64,000 nt of DNA from Octopus vulgaris. Its lineage: Eukaryota. The stretch covers positions 19,468,001 through 19,532,000 of the forward strand of contig OX597833.1 in assembly GCA_951406725.2 (NCBI GenBank). The letters are read 5' to 3'. The position numbers and the translations under genes were made by a program. Below are positions 1-13,688 of this stretch, one piece after another (within the stretch, counting starts at the first letter, position 1; each line of letters starts with the position of its first letter). The notes beneath the pieces were generated by a model, which had not been told where the DNA came from, made no database searches, and saw only the letters and a list, made by a program, of their open reading frames with translations.

Positions 1-368
1 AAAAGAACGCTGGTCTCCTTGACAACGCATTACGACGTTGATTTCCTTACACTCCCTTCCCCACAGCTTCACGAGGGAGGGAAGAAGGGGGAGAAGCAAC
101 ACAGGTGCAGCTGTGAGCGTGGACGCCAACTCCGCCGCCATCGACACACGAAAAATATGCATTAAAATGGAATAAAAAAATGATGTTAATTTATTTTTAA
201 AATCGTAGACTCATCGTAGACGTGCGCTAATACCCAGACGGGCTCGATATGAATCACGACTATAAGATACCCGAATTTGGTTAAACTGCACCGCAAAATG
301 TGGGAGTAGTTAGGAATCTAAATTGAAGGGGACAGACACTTACACAACTACAGTTTTATATATATAGA
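1..368 (-). mobile_element. 5' part of a non-autonomous Helitron-like element (runs off the window)
   Basis: The - strand begins A|TCTATATATATAAAAC, like the other two Helitron 5' ends. Confidence 0.5.
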
Positions 369-579
369 TATAGAAAGGACTGAGGTAACTCCTCCTGAAG
401 ATATAGAGCCAAAATTCAGGATGAGTTACCTCAATCCTTTCTATATTAACCAAAAGGAAGTAGATTGACAAAATTATTTTTTGAACCAATTGAAGACACA
501 CAAGATGTCGAAATATCGTTCACTAGATAACAATGACACTCTTCTTTTAATTTTGACTTATTATTATTGTTGTTGTTGC

Positions 580-637
<58 letters not shown>

Positions 638-770
638 TAGTTTTATTTTTATAGTGTGCTTTCACTTCACTACCGAGTGCAGCTCTGTGTGCCTTGGGTA
701 GGTGCTGTGATTTGTTGTAATGCTCTGATGGCTACTGTATTGAAAGTATTATTATTATTATTATTATTAT

Positions 771-1292
771 TGAGTGAGAGTTCATGCCATCAAAGTGACA
801 CTGGGGTAGACTACCCGTCTGATAAGGGTACACCAGGCACATGCATCACAACCATATGTGCACGACATGGTGATCTTATATCAAGATAAACAGCACATGA
901 CCTTGCAGGTGGGGCCCAGTTAGAATTTTCTTCAGGTTGAGTAGCTCATCCGCTCAAAAGGTCCCTGAATAAGGGTTGTTTAAGGATGTTGAAAGAACCA
1001 CCCATGTTTCCAGAGGTGAATTATTCAAACCCCAAAGAATCCCTCTCAACACATGGCTATGATGCTCCCCCACTACTTCTGCTCGTGATCAGAGATGCAC
1101 ATATCGTCAGCCACTAAGGGACATCCTCAACTGGTTACGGTCAAACAACTGATAAGCAAATCTGTGGTATTGAGCAGAATATTTGCTGTAGCCCATCTTT
1201 TATACCAAGACAAAACAATGTACATGATAACACTTCCAATCAGTTAAGATCAGAAGCCATGAGAGCCACTGCCTGGTACTGCATCAGGGCAT
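771..1292 (-). repeat. Dispersed repeat with (AAT)n tail (probable LINE 3' UTR/SINE)
   Basis: Also present at ~3706-3886 and ~39940-40400. Confidence 0.75.
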
Positions 1293-2741
1293 TTATTATT
1301 ATTATTATTATTATTGTTGTTGTTGTTGTTGTTCTGGTCACTGCTTGGAATCGAACTCAGAATCTTGGGGTTAGTAGCCTGCACTCTTAACCACTACGCC
1401 ATAATTCCTCATCTCTTAAATATAGAATTGATAGAGTGTTCTGAATGCTAAAGGGTTAAAGGTGTGGAAAGGAAGGAGGAGCTGATCTGACAGAAGGGGA
1501 AGAAAAAGGGGAGGAGCACTAATGAGGAGTGGTGCAAGAGATTGGTGGGGGAGGGAGAAAGGGAGATGGGTGGTGGGGGTAAAGTTTGTAGCTAAAAATC
1601 TATGTTAGATGAAATGTCAGAGAGAGAGGTAAGGAGGAGCTAGTCACATAAGGAGAGTCATGTGAGGTGGAGGTGGGAGGTAAGTGGGAATGGAATGCTG
1701 GAACATGAGTGGCCAAAGGTTGACATTAGACAATGACAGAGATGACACACAGGGGCCACATAAACAAAATGAGGTGAGGGAGTTCCAATAAGGGAAGGGT
1801 AATTAAATGAAAAGAGCATTGAAACAATGATCAGAAAGGAATGGCAAGTGAGAATGGAAAGAATATTTATTTCTTTGTTGCCCACAGGAAGCTAAACATA
1901 GAAGGGACAGACAAGGACAGACAAAGAGATTAAGTCAATTACATCGACACCACTGGTACTTATTTAATCAACCCCAAAGGGACAAAAGGCAAAGTTGACC
2001 TTGGTGGAATTTGAACTCAGAACATAGCAGTAGCTGAAATATTGCTAAGCATTCCGGCCAGCGTGCTAACGATTCTGCCAGCTAAGAATGTTGATGGCCT
2101 GCTGGCAGACTCGTTAGCACGCCGGGCGAAATCCTTAGCAGTATTTCGTCTGCCGTTACGTTGTGAGTTCAAATTCCGCTGAGGTCGACTTTGCCTTTCA
2201 TCCTTTCGGGGTCGATAAATTAAGTACCAGTTACGCACTGGGGTCGATGTAATCGTCTTAATACCTATGTCTGTCCTTGTTTGTCCCCTCTGTGTTTAGC
2301 CCCTTGTGGGTAATAAAGAAATAGGTATGAAGAATGTAGGGTATTGAGCATTTGTAAGGAGTGGTCAGAATTTTAAGCACCAAAAAAGGGTCCAGAGAGT
2401 TTTATTTTGGTGGAGAGGAGAAATTCTACTAAGACCACCACCACCACTACCACCACCATTAACATCATCATCATCATCATTTAGCATCTATTTTCCATGC
2501 TGGCATGGGTTAGACTGTTTGACTATGACCGGTAAGCTGAAGACCTGTGCCAGGTTCCAGTCTGATTCAGCTTGGTTTCTATGGATGGATGCCCCTCCTA
2601 ATGCCAACCACTCCAAGAGTGGAATGGGTGTCTCTTATGTGTCACTGATAATGGCCATGACTATGATTTCAATTGGCTTGATGTGTCTTCTCAAGCACAG
2701 CAAATCACCAACGATCTCAATCACTTATGTATATATGTGTA

Positions 2742-2772
<31 letters not shown>

Positions 2773-3050
2773 GTGTATGTATATATAATGGGCTTCTTTC
2801 AGTTTCCATCTACCAAATCTACTCACAAGATTTTGGTCAGCTTGGGGCTAAGGTAGAAGACACTTCCCCAAAGTGCCATACAGTGGGTTTGAACTTGGGA
2901 CCACATCCTTGGGCAGTAAGTTTCTTAACCACACAGCCATGCTTGTACCTGTAATCAAAATAAATTAATGTCTTCTGCTATAGTCCTGGGCCAACCAAAG
3001 CCTCGTGAATGGATTTGTAACATGGAAACTGAAAGAAGCCTGTTGTATAC

Positions 3051-3126
<76 letters not shown>

Positions 3127-3248
3127 TGTAATCCTCCCAGGAATATGGACTATGATCTTAAGAAACATGTGATTTGTGGAAATGTTTGTGGTGATGCATT
3201 AAAATATTTACAAAATCCATTCATGGATTATTATTATTATTGTTATTA

Positions 3249-3280
<32 letters not shown>

Positions 3281-4112
3281 GTTATTATTATTATTATTAT
3301 TGTTACCTCCACCTTAGCAAAAGCAGAGGTATTGTTTTCAGTCATGTTTGTTTGTTTGTCCATGGACAAGATAACTCAAGAACTGCTGGATAGATTCAGA
3401 TGAAACTTTCAGAGATGTTTGGCCTTGTGACTGGCATGAACTGATTAGATTTTGGGATCAATCCAGTACTGAACAAGGCTTCTGGATAATTTTTCCTGTT
3501 TTTTTACTTAATTTTTGAGAGTGGTGGGCTCATTTTTAGTATTCTTGTTTGTGAGAGTAGTCGAGTTTATTTCAGATATTCTCATTTTCAAAAAATCATC
3601 TCTGATGAGAAGACGCTGGTGTTGCCCTGGTGGAAGTTTGCATCCTCTGAGTGCTCTTGTTGTTGTTGTTGTTGTTATTATTATTATTATTATTATTATT
3701 GTTATTGAGTGAGAGAGCAGTGCATGCTATCAAAGTGACACTGGGGTAAAATATACGAAGCCCAGTATACCCATCATGACTACCCGTCTGATAAGGGTAC
3801 ACCAGACACATGCATCACAACCATATGTGCATGACATGGTGATCTCATATCAAGATAAACAGCACATGACTTTGCAGGTGTGGCCCGGCACGTAAAAAAA
3901 ACCATCCGATCGTGGCCGTTTGCCAGCCTCGTCTGACACCTGTGCCGGTGGCACGTAAAAAGCACCCACTGCACTCACGGAGTGTTTGGCGTTAGGAAGG
4001 GCATCCAGCCGTAGAAACATTGCCAGATCAGACTGGGCCTGGTGCAGCCTCCTGGCTTTCCAGACCCCAGTTGAACCGTCCAACCCATGCTAGCATGGAA
4101 AGCGGACGCTAA

Positions 4113-4189
<77 letters not shown>

Positions 4190-4219
4190 TATTATTATTA
4201 TTATCATCATCATCATTAT

Positions 4220-4267
<48 letters not shown>

Positions 4268-4689
4268 CACCACTACAACTACTACTATTACTAAGGTGGC
4301 AAGCTGGCAGAAACGTTAGCATGCCGGGTGAAATGCTTAATGGTACTTTGTCCGTTTTCATGCTCCGAGTTCAAATTCTTCCCAGGTCGACTTTGACTCC
4401 TTTCTGGGTCAATAAATTAAGTACCAGTTAGACACTGGGATAGATGTAATCATCTATCCCCCTCCTCCCAAAGTTTACACCTTGTGCCTATATTACAAAG
4501 GATTCTTATTAATCTTAGTACTATATTTATCCCACATTGTATCAGGACAACTCAGTGTAACCCCAAAAAACTGGTATTGTTAGTTGGCATCATTCAACTG
4601 TAGCCAACATAATGGAATAAGAGCTTTTATATACATATTCAAAACGTTTCCCATAAACAAACTTAATATATATCCTTAAATCCTTAAAA

Positions 4690-5060
4690 ATGTTTTAGCC
4701 CGAAGGCCGTGGCCATGCTGGGGCACCACCGCTGAATGAGCTACACTAATATGTGAATCCACCTCTGATACGTGGCACTTGGTCAACAAGGGAGTTCGAT
4801 GCCGCTGCCCGCATCTGTGTCTCCTGTCGTGAGGTAGGTTCATCTGGGACCTCCGACAAGAAGAGATCCAGTTTAGTTTTAAAGAAACCCACATCCACAC
4901 CATGCAAGTCTCTCAGGCATTTAGGGAAGATGTTAAAGAGCTGTGGTCCTCTGAAACCCAAGCTGTTGCAGTATCTGGTCCTGTATTTTGATGGTGATGT
5001 TGGAATCTTTGGCACCATGCAGTGGCACCCCGTTCTGCGGTTGGGGTAACTTTGAATGCC
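4690..5060 (-). mobile_element. CR1/L2-group LINE 3' fragment
   Basis: Encodes NSLGFRGPQLFN..P..LRD....FKTKLD.FL..VPDEP. Confidence 0.8.
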
Positions 5061-5857
5061 GACGCACACTCTTAACCCTTTACTTGACCTTTCCTCCCTG
5101 CCTGTCTGTCTTCCTCTCTACATGTCTCTCCTTATTTTTCACTCTTCTGGTTTCTTTTCCTCTCTCTCTCTCTCACTCCTCCTCCTCTCTCTGGTCGCTG
5201 ACCGGAGGACTGCTAACTTTCTTTCTGCCTGCTGCTTTCAACAGGTCAACATCGACTTTCTTCTGTCTTCCGCAAGCTGATCTTCTGAATGCGTTCTAAC
5301 AAATTTTTCCACCGTCTAGGCTTAAAAAAGTCCTTATTGTTGGTTTCCTCGTCCTGTTTTTATTCTTTATTTGTACTGTTTTTTTCTTCATTTGTATTGC
5401 TTTTATGTCCTGTTCTTGTCACTTTTTTTCTTTCCTTGTTTTACCCCTCTGCAAAAGAATTTTATTTAATTCATTTTGCAGGAAAGACTGTTTCGGCCGG
5501 ATCGTGTTCTGCCCTTACCTTCGAAACACGCATTGAGTCGAAACAGGGGCAGCTGATGAAGGGGAATATTCCTTGTTTCGTTTGTCTTGTACTCTGTTTT
5601 TTCGTTGTTAAAAAAGTATGTTTCCTTGTTTGATTTTATTCTTTTCTCATGTTCTACGTTTATTTGTGGTGTCCTGTACTCATATATGCATGTATATATA
5701 CATATAGATATAGGTATGTACATATATGTATGTATGTATGCATATGTTTTATTTATTGAATTGTTATATATATATATATATATATACCGGAGTAAACACA
5801 TAAATGTGAAACAAGGTGGAAAAAAGAGTACTCAAATACCAGAGGTAGAGTAATATG

Positions 5858-6012
5858 CTTTATTTAAAAGCAGCAGAAATTTAACAAAAGCTGTTACTTG
5901 GAGTTTTACGTTCCCGTTCGTCGGACAGTTTTGTTAAAAAACTTTCCGACGAATGGGAACGTGAAACTCCGAGTAACAGCTTTTGTTAAATTTCTGCTGC
6001 TTTTGAATAAAG
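5858..6012. repeat. Foldback (inverted repeat, ~75-bp arms) in a (TA)n tract
   Basis: ctttatttaaaagcagcagaaatttaacaaaagctg... is mirrored by ...cagcttttgttaaatttctgctgcttttgaataaag. Confidence 0.9.
5891..5980. ncRNA. Pair of minimal type I hammerhead-like motifs (one per strand) in a foldback, U4C core variant
   Basis: + arm: CCGACGA (5946-52), helix II ATG-GGAA-CGT, GAAA, helix III CT-CCG-AG, TA, then ACAG. The - arm supplies helix I CTGT but has AAAA for GAAA. The consensus of the two arms is a complete fold. Confidence 0.6.
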
Positions 6013-6080
6013 TATATATATATATATATCATCATCATTGTTTAATGTCTGCCTTCCATACTGGTGGTAAGACTGGGATG

Positions 6081-6118
<38 letters not shown>

Positions 6119-6278
6119 TCATCATCATAGTTTAACGTCCACTTTCCTTGCTAGCATGGGTTGGACGGTTCAACTGGGGTCTGGGGAGCCCGAAGGCTGC
6201 ACCAGGCCAGTTAGATCTGGCAGTGTTTCTACAGCTGGATGCCCTTCCTATATTTATCTATCTATCTATCTATCTATG

Positions 6279-6346
<68 letters not shown>

Positions 6347-6699
6347 TGTATGTATGTATGTATGTGTGTTTCTGTGTGTGTGTGTGTGTATCTTTGTGTT
6401 TGTGTGTGTCTGTGCATTTCTGTGTTTGTGCTCGGCTTGTCCACCCACCACCACCACTTGGCAACAGTTGGTTTGATTACATCCCCATAAATTTGTGGTT
6501 TGCCAATACAAGTCGATAAAATAAGTACCAGGCTTATAAAAATAAGTACTGCCGGGTCTGTTAGTCCAACTAAAATTCTCCAGAGTGGTGCCACAGCATG
6601 GGCACAGTCTAATGACCGAAGCAGAGGAAAGATCATGATTGAACAACAACAATAAGAAATAACTTTGCGACTGAGGAGGAGCAAAACTAGCTTGAAAAT

Positions 6700-6895
6700 G
6701 CCAGTCTGCTGGAGGATGGCAGGGTTCTCTCCCCTGCTTGCAATATATACAGGGTGCAGGCTGCACCTATTACCAGCCGGTGGTAGATCTGCCTCGGGTT
6801 AAAATGGTAGTAACATCAAACAGCCATATTGATGTGGTGATTAACTTTACTTGTTAGTATAGTTATTACTTTCATCTCTTATTGAGATTTTCCAG
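6700..6895 (+). repeat. Dispersed/local repeat, second copy at ~8126-8336
   Basis: gtctgctggaggat...ctcccctgcttgcaatatatacagggtgcaggctgcacctattaccagc... occurs in both. Confidence 0.75.
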
Positions 6896-6930
6896 CTGTT
6901 TACTTTGCTTGTTGCAAATCAGTGACCAAT

Positions 6931-7346
6931 GGAGTGGCTGTGTGGTAAGTAGCTTGCTAACCAACCACATGGTTCCGGGTTCAGTCCCACTGCGTGGCAT
7001 CTTGGGCAAGTGGCTTCTGCTATAGCCCCAGGCCGACCAATGCCTTGTGAGTGGATTTGGTAGACGGAAACTGAAAGAAGCCTGTCATATATATGTATAT
7101 ATATATAAATATGTATGTGTGTGTGTGTGTTTGTGTGTCTGTGTTTGTCCCCCTAGCATTGCTTTACAACCGATGCTGGTGTGTTTACGTTCCCGTCACT
7201 TAGCGGTTCGGCAAAAGAAACCGATAGAATAAGTACTGGGCTTACAAAGAATAAGTCCCGGGGTCGATTTGCTCGACTAAAGGCGGTGCTCCAGCATGGC
7301 CGCAGTCAAATGACTGAAACAAGTAAAAGAGTAAAAGAGTAAAAGA
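6931..7346 (+). mobile_element. tRNA-derived CORE-like SINE with internal (TA)/(TG) tract
   Basis: A/B-box head GGAGTGGCTGTGTGGT...GGTTCAGTCCC, CORE-like GTGGCA(C/T)CTTGGGCAAGTG, and tail (GAGTAAAA)n. Other copies at ~10452-10935(-), 16281-16940, 19252-19420, 22288-23050, 49840-50235(-), 55111-55528, 59270-59658(-), 61676-62058 and 62276-62690. Confidence 0.88.
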
Positions 7347-8909
7347 ATGGTCACTTTGTTTTCTATATGTTGCAAGCTGAAGCGGACTCTGTCCATATCT
7401 CTAGTGACCGACCATCCAGCACGCTTTTGTACAATGTTGGGAGCTATCTAGCTTGACAGGTTATGTTGAACATGTGTTGTTGCATCTGGGATGAGTACAG
7501 CTGTGAGCTGGATGTATAATAAAGATGATACCACCAACTGGACTCTCAAAGGAAGGTAAGGCTTGTTTTTACTGTACGGTTGCAGTACTGAAAGAGTGTG
7601 TTTGGAGGACTAGAATGGAAGGTTCTGTGACAGGGTCTTTCATCTCTGGCCCTAGTTTGCTGTCTTACTTCAGGTACCATCTGAAGAGTAAGATGGGGTT
7701 GGAGAGGAAGACTCTGCCACCGAGTGAATACGAGAAACGATGAAAGGATGTGATGAGAAATGTGGATGTCAGTAACCCAGCTTAATCATCGATGAAAGGA
7801 AAAGCTAGTTGCAGGGCCTTATAGGCTGCCGGGTTTGATCTTTTTGAACTTTTATTCTTTTTCTTTCTTTGTTTTCTTAATAAAAAAAACAGTTCTAGTT
7901 AAAGGTAAAAAATTATTCGTTTATATAAAATATTTTTTAAGCAAATTTTTAACATAGCGCTTATTCGAACTCATTTAACATTTTTGTATTTGTTTGTCTT
8001 GTAATGTCCTTTTCTATGTACGATCTTAATGATCATAATAAAGATTTGATCTCTCTAGTGACCGGGTGTTCGTGACTGAGGATGAGCAGACATAGCTGGA
8101 AACCAAGTCTGTCTCGCAATGCCATTGTCTGCTGGAGGATTGTAGGAGTTCACTCCCCTGCTTGCAATATATACAGGGTGCAGGCTGCACCTATTACCAG
8201 CTGGTGGAAGATCTGCCTCGGGTTAAAATAGTAGTAACATTAAACAGCCAAGTAATATGGAACAGCCACTTTGATGTGGCAATTAACTTTACTTGTTAGT
8301 ATAGTTACTACTCTCATCTCTTAGTGAGATTTTCCAAATAACTTAATGTTATTGTCTGTTCCTTCTCATAAGGGCCGGTTTCCCAGTTTCCTTGGCGTAT
8401 AGGTTCTCACCTGGACGGGATGCCAGTCTGTCGCAGGTGAGCTGCAAGATGCAGGAGGAAAGAGTGAGAGAAAGATGTGGCGAAGGAGTCAGCAGAAGTT
8501 TGCCATTACCTTCTGCCGGAGCCACTTAGAACCTAGATGTTTCGCTCATAAACACACACATCGCCCAGTCTGAGATTCGAACCTGCAATCCCTTGACTGA
8601 GAGTCCGCTGCTCTAACCACTAGGCCATGTGCCTCCACAATAACTTAATGTAAACTGAATATGATAATAACAACAAAAAAAGGGAACAATAAGGGTTTTA
8701 TGTTGGAATAAAAGTTTCTAAATTTGGTGCAAGGCCTCAAATTTTCAAGAAATATTTACTAGCAGTAATTTGTCTATCAACACTGGAATAACTAATAAGG
8801 GCAAAATCAATACTGGTTGATTTCTAAATTACTATTTTAAACAAATTAATTAAATACTGGGATATATTTTGTTTAGCATTCTATCATCTCTAATGCAGTG
8901 ATGTTGTAT

Positions 8910-9279
8910 AACTCTGAGCACCTTTTTAAACTCCACCTGTCTAACACCTGTGGACATGCTTACAAAGTCAAAAAACAGCGCAACTCCCATGACTTTCAGA
9001 AACATATTTTCATGCTGAGAGTTGCTGAAGAATGGAACAAACTGCCGGCATCAGTTGTTAGTTGTCGGAGCACTGCATCCTTCAAAACTTCCATGCTTCC
9101 TGAGATTCACCAACACTACACCTGATTTTCTCCCCTCCATACACACGCAAGCATGTCTCTGACTCATACACTGTTCACTTCCCAGACATTTGTACATTAC
9201 TACATGTGCTTTATATGCACTTTTGACAAGTTGTAGTGCACCTGAGCACTGTATACAATAATTTCATTATTATTATTAT
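8910..9279 (+). mobile_element. CR1-type LINE 3' end
   Basis: Same family as 14540-15025. Confidence 0.85.
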
Positions 9280-9501
9280 ATTGATAAGGTACAGGCATGG
9301 CCATGTGTGAAGTGGTTTTAGTCAGTAGACTCTCGCCATTCTGGGTACTACTTTCAGGAGCTTTAATCATTATATTGATTCCAGTATTGTTGCAGCTGTA
9401 GAAACCATGCCAGAGCAGACACTGGTACATGGTGCAGTCCTTGGACATATGAGAGCCTGTCAAATCCTTTAACCTAGGCCAACATGGAACATGGATATTA
9501 A

Positions 9502-9913
9502 ATGATGATGATAGTGATGATGATGATGATGATGATTACGACGACGACGACGATGATGACGACGATGATGACGATAATGATGACGATGATGACGACGATG
9601 ATGATGATGACGATGATGACGACGATGATGATGATGACGATGATGATGACGATGATGATGACGATGATGACGACGATGATGATGATGACAATGACGATGA
9701 CGATGATGATGACGATGATGATGATGACGATGATGATGACGATGATGATGATGATTATGATGACGCTAATGATGACGATGATGATGATGATAATGATGAC
9801 GATAATGATGACAATGATGATGACAATGATGATGACGATGATAATGACGATGATGATGACGATGATGATGACGATAATGATGACAATGATGATGACGACA
9901 ACGACGATGATGG

Positions 9914-9942
<29 letters not shown>
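9502..9942 (+). repeat. (GAT/GAC)n compound trinucleotide expansion from a LINE tail
   Basis: ~440 bp of GAT with interspersed GAC/AAT, directly after an RTE 3'-UTR remnant. Confidence 0.95.
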
Positions 9943-9945
<3 letters not shown>

Positions 9946-10201
9946 TGAGGGTGCTGAACCATTCAGACAAGATGAAAAAGGATCATGATACCTGGTGCCT
10001 TGCTGTACTCAAGAAGACCCATACTCCACAGCAAAAATATTAGGGCCGCTCATCCTGGTTGCTAAGAAGTTTGGCCTGCAACAGTCCTGTGCTGGTGCCA
10101 CATGAAACTACCCATGACACTCAGTAAAGTGGTTAGCATTAGAAAAGGCATGATGATGATGATGATGATGACAATGATATATGTATGTATATCATATTCA
10201 A

Positions 10202-10279
10202 GGCTCTGATGAAGCTATAGGAGGTTACTCAGGCACATTATGAGTCCACTGCATCTAATCGCAGAAACAGCTGTAAGCT
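10202..10279 (+). ncRNA. Minimal type I hammerhead ribozyme motif
   Basis: GGCT, CTGATGA (10206-12), long helix II domain, GAAA (10264-67), palindromic helix III ACAGCTGT, GUA cleavage triplet, AGCT. Confidence 0.7.
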
Positions 10280-10734
10280 AGTGAAGTTCATAACATGACC
10301 ATTGTTTTTCCCTGTCTCACTTCTTTTTCATGTGTAGCTGAGTGATAAGAAGTTTGCTTCTCAGTTGCTCTGCATAGCACCTTGAGCAAGTATCTTCTAC
10401 TATAGCCTCAGGCCAACCAAAGCCTTGTTAGTAGATTTGGCAGATAAAAATCTCTTTTACTCTTTTACTCTTTTACTTGTTTCAGTCATTTGACTGCAGC
10501 CATGCTGGAGCACCGCCTTCAATCGAGCAACTCGACCCCGGGACTTATTCTTTTGTAAGCCCAGTACTTATTCTATCGGTCTCTTTTGCTGAACCGCTAA
10601 GTAACGGGGACATAAACACACTAGCATCGGTTGTCAAGCAATGCTAGGGGGACAAACACAGACACACAAACACACACACGCATATATCATCATCATCATC
10701 ATCGTTTAACGTCCGTTTTCCACGCTATCACGGG

Positions 10735-10773
<39 letters not shown>

Positions 10774-11454
10774 TACCACGGGCTTCTTTCAGTTTCCGTC
10801 TTCCAAATCCACTCACAAGGCTTTGGTCAGCCCGAGGCTGTAGTAGAAGACACTTGCCCAAAGAGCCATGCAGTGGGACTGAACCCGGAACCATGTGGCT
10901 GGTAAACAAGCTACTTACCACACAGCCACTCCTGCGAGGCAACTTTAAAAAAAAAGTGATTTTATTTGTAGCTTCTTACTTTATTCCATTATACTATCAC
11001 AACATTGTACTCATATGCACAGAAACATAAATTACATTTTCCCTAACAAAACCACTCTAAAATATCTTTCAATAAGTGTATTAAGACACATATTTGGTTT
11101 TTTCCACATCATATCATTGTAACAGTTGAATGATTCAAAATATACATCGTTTAACCAGACTGGATTATCAAGTAGTTATATAAAGACTACTGGAGATCTA
11201 TTGCTTTTGGTACTACACTGGACAAATAAGAACAAAAGAAAAAAAAAACAAAGCCCTTATATATAGTAATAGTAACAATAGTGAAATTATTGTGTCTAGT
11301 TCTCAGGTGCCCTGCAACTTATGAAAGGAGCATGTACAGTACATAGAATTATGTGCAAATGTTAGGAAATAGTACATTGCCTGTTATTTCATAAAAATAA
11401 CTAAATGGCATTTTTGTTCTATTATTATAGGTGCAGGAGTGGCTGTGTGGTGAG

Positions 11455-12236
11455 AGGCGAGCTGGCAGAAATGTTAGTATGCTGGGCGAAATGCTTAGCA
11501 GTATTTCATCTGCCGCTACGTTCTGAGTTCAAATTCTGCCAAGGTTGACTTTGCCTGTCATCCTTTCGGGGTCGATTAAATAAGTACCAGTTATGCACTG
11601 GGGTCGATATAATCGACTTAATCCGTTTGTCTGTCCTTGTTTGTCCTCTCTGTGTTTAGCCCCTTGTGGGTAGTAAAGAAATAGGTATTTTATCTGCAGC
11701 TACGTTCTGAGTTCAAATTCCACCGAGGTTGACTTTGCCTTTTATCCTTCCGGGGTCGATTAAACAAGTACCAGTTACGCACAGGGGTCGATATAATCGA
11801 CTTAATCCGTTTGTCTGTCCTTGTTTGTCCTCTCTGTGTTTAGCCCCTTGTGGGTAGTAAAGAAATAGGTATTTTGTCTGCTGCTACGTTCTGAGTTCAA
11901 ATTCCACAGAGGCTGACTTTGCCTTTCATCCTTTCGGGGTCGATTAAACAAGTACCAGTTACGCACAGGGGTCGATATAATCGACTTAATCCGTTTGTCT
12001 GTCCTTGTCTGTCCTCTCTGTGTTTAGCCCCTTGTGGGTAGTAAAGAAATAGGTATTTTATCTGCAGCTACGTTCTGAGTTCAAATTCCACCGAGGTTGA
12101 CTTTGCCTTTTATCCTTCCGGGGTCGATTAAACAAGTACCAGTTACGCACAGGGGTCGATATAATCGACTTAATCCATTTGTCTGTCCTTGCTTGTCCCC
12201 TCTGTGTGTAGCCCCTTGTGGACAGTAATGAAATAA
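11455..12236 (+). mobile_element. Meta-domain-like tRNA SINE, tandem tetramer
   Basis: One head GGCGAGCTGGCAGAA followed by four ~183-bp bodies containing GGTCGACTTTGCCTTTCATCCTTTCGGGGTCGAT..AAGTACC; inserted in a CORE-SINE head. Confidence 0.88.
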
Positions 12237-13140
12237 AAAGCTTGCTTGCTTCCCAACCACATGGTTCCAGGTTCTGTCCCACTGCGTGGCACCTTTTATT
12301 ATAGCTCTGGGTGACTGTTTAAAATACATTTCATTTCATTTTGTTTTCTAAATTTAATAGAACCTACAGACAATTAAATTCAAGTTAGCTTCTACTATCA
12401 AACCTTGGAGGGAGGAAAAGCAAGGTTGACCACAGTGGGATTTGAACTCAGAATGCTCTTTTAAAAACGGTATGTTGAAAGTTCTTGAAAAGTTCTATGG
12501 TGATTGAGGTGATAAAATCAACGTAGATTTTTTAAATAAATGTGATAGGATAATTCCTAGAATTAAACAAGTTTTATGGCTGTTACCTTAAACAAAATGC
12601 TTATCAAACCAACAGAGCCATCTATATATGGTCGCTAAATTTGCTAGAAATAGCAGCTAAACAGCATTCAAACTATATGTTACTGTTTTTAAAAGAGCAC
12701 ACATTTGAATACGGTATATTTAGTAAAGGTTTTAATTCTGATCAGAGTTCTGTTTTGTCACGACTGAGACAAGACTGAACACTAACAACAAAGCTTATTT
12801 CCTTCTCTCAAAGCCAAGGCAGGATTGTAAGAAGTTTCATGCGACATGCAGATGGGATTTGGGCAGAACATGCAGAAGGTTAGGAAGTGATTGCAAGGGA
12901 GTGAACTCTGTAAGACTTGTTGGATATGCTGCGAAAACTAAGAACATACGAACAGAGAAAACTGTTGCTTAGCAACCAGCACAGCCGCCACCACTACCGC
13001 CACCACCAAAAACCCTGTGGGTACTTTATCAAAATACAAAAATACCCCTCAGGATTGATAAAGGAAGGTTTTTAAAAGGCATTGAAACTCAAGACCACCA
13101 AATTAAGAACACTAAAAGAAAAAAAAACAAACAAACAGAC

Positions 13141-13688
13141 AATACCTATTTCTTTACTACCCACAAGGGGCTAAACACAGAGGGGACAAACAAGGACAGA
13201 CAAAGGTATTAAGTCGATTACATCGACCCCAGTGCATAACTCGTACTTAATTTATCGACCCCGAAAGGATGACAGGCAAAGTCGACCTCGGCGGAATTTG
13301 AACTCAGAACGTAGCAGCAGACAAAATACCTATTTCTTTACTACCCACAAGGGGCTAAACACAGAGAGGACAAACGGATTAAGTCGATTACATCGACCCC
13401 AGTGCATAACTCGTACTTAATTTATCGACCCCGAAAGGATGACAGGCAAAGTCGACCTCGGCGGAATTTGAACTCAGAACGTAGCAGCAGACAAAATACC
13501 TATTTCTTTACTACCCACAAGGGGCTAAACACAGAGAGGACAAACGGATTAAGTCGATTACATCGACCCCAGTGCATAACTCGTACTTAATTTATCGACC
13601 CCGAAAGGATGACAGGCAAAGTCGACCTCGGCGGAATTTGAACTCAGAACGTAGCGGCAGACGAAATACGGCTAAGCATTTCACCCAG
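13141..13688 (-). mobile_element. Meta-like SINE tandem trimer
   Basis: Three bodies, two of them identical 170-bp units (the ORF track shows duplicate 62-aa translations). Confidence 0.88.

Noticed and set aside
5515-5580. CTGATGA/CTGAAGA and GAAAC motifs here and at ~16650-16705 (-) as a permuted hammerhead
   Set aside because: The order would require type II, but I could not form consistent helices I and III in both copies. Left as an unclassified repeat.
6759-6826. Twister-like look of GCCGGT...CGGGTTAAAA
   Set aside because: Lacks the twister UAA cleavage loop and pseudoknot-forming motifs.
9498-9970. Poly-Met/Thr, poly-Ile and poly-Ser ORFs
   Set aside because: Translations of a (GAT/GAC)n microsatellite.
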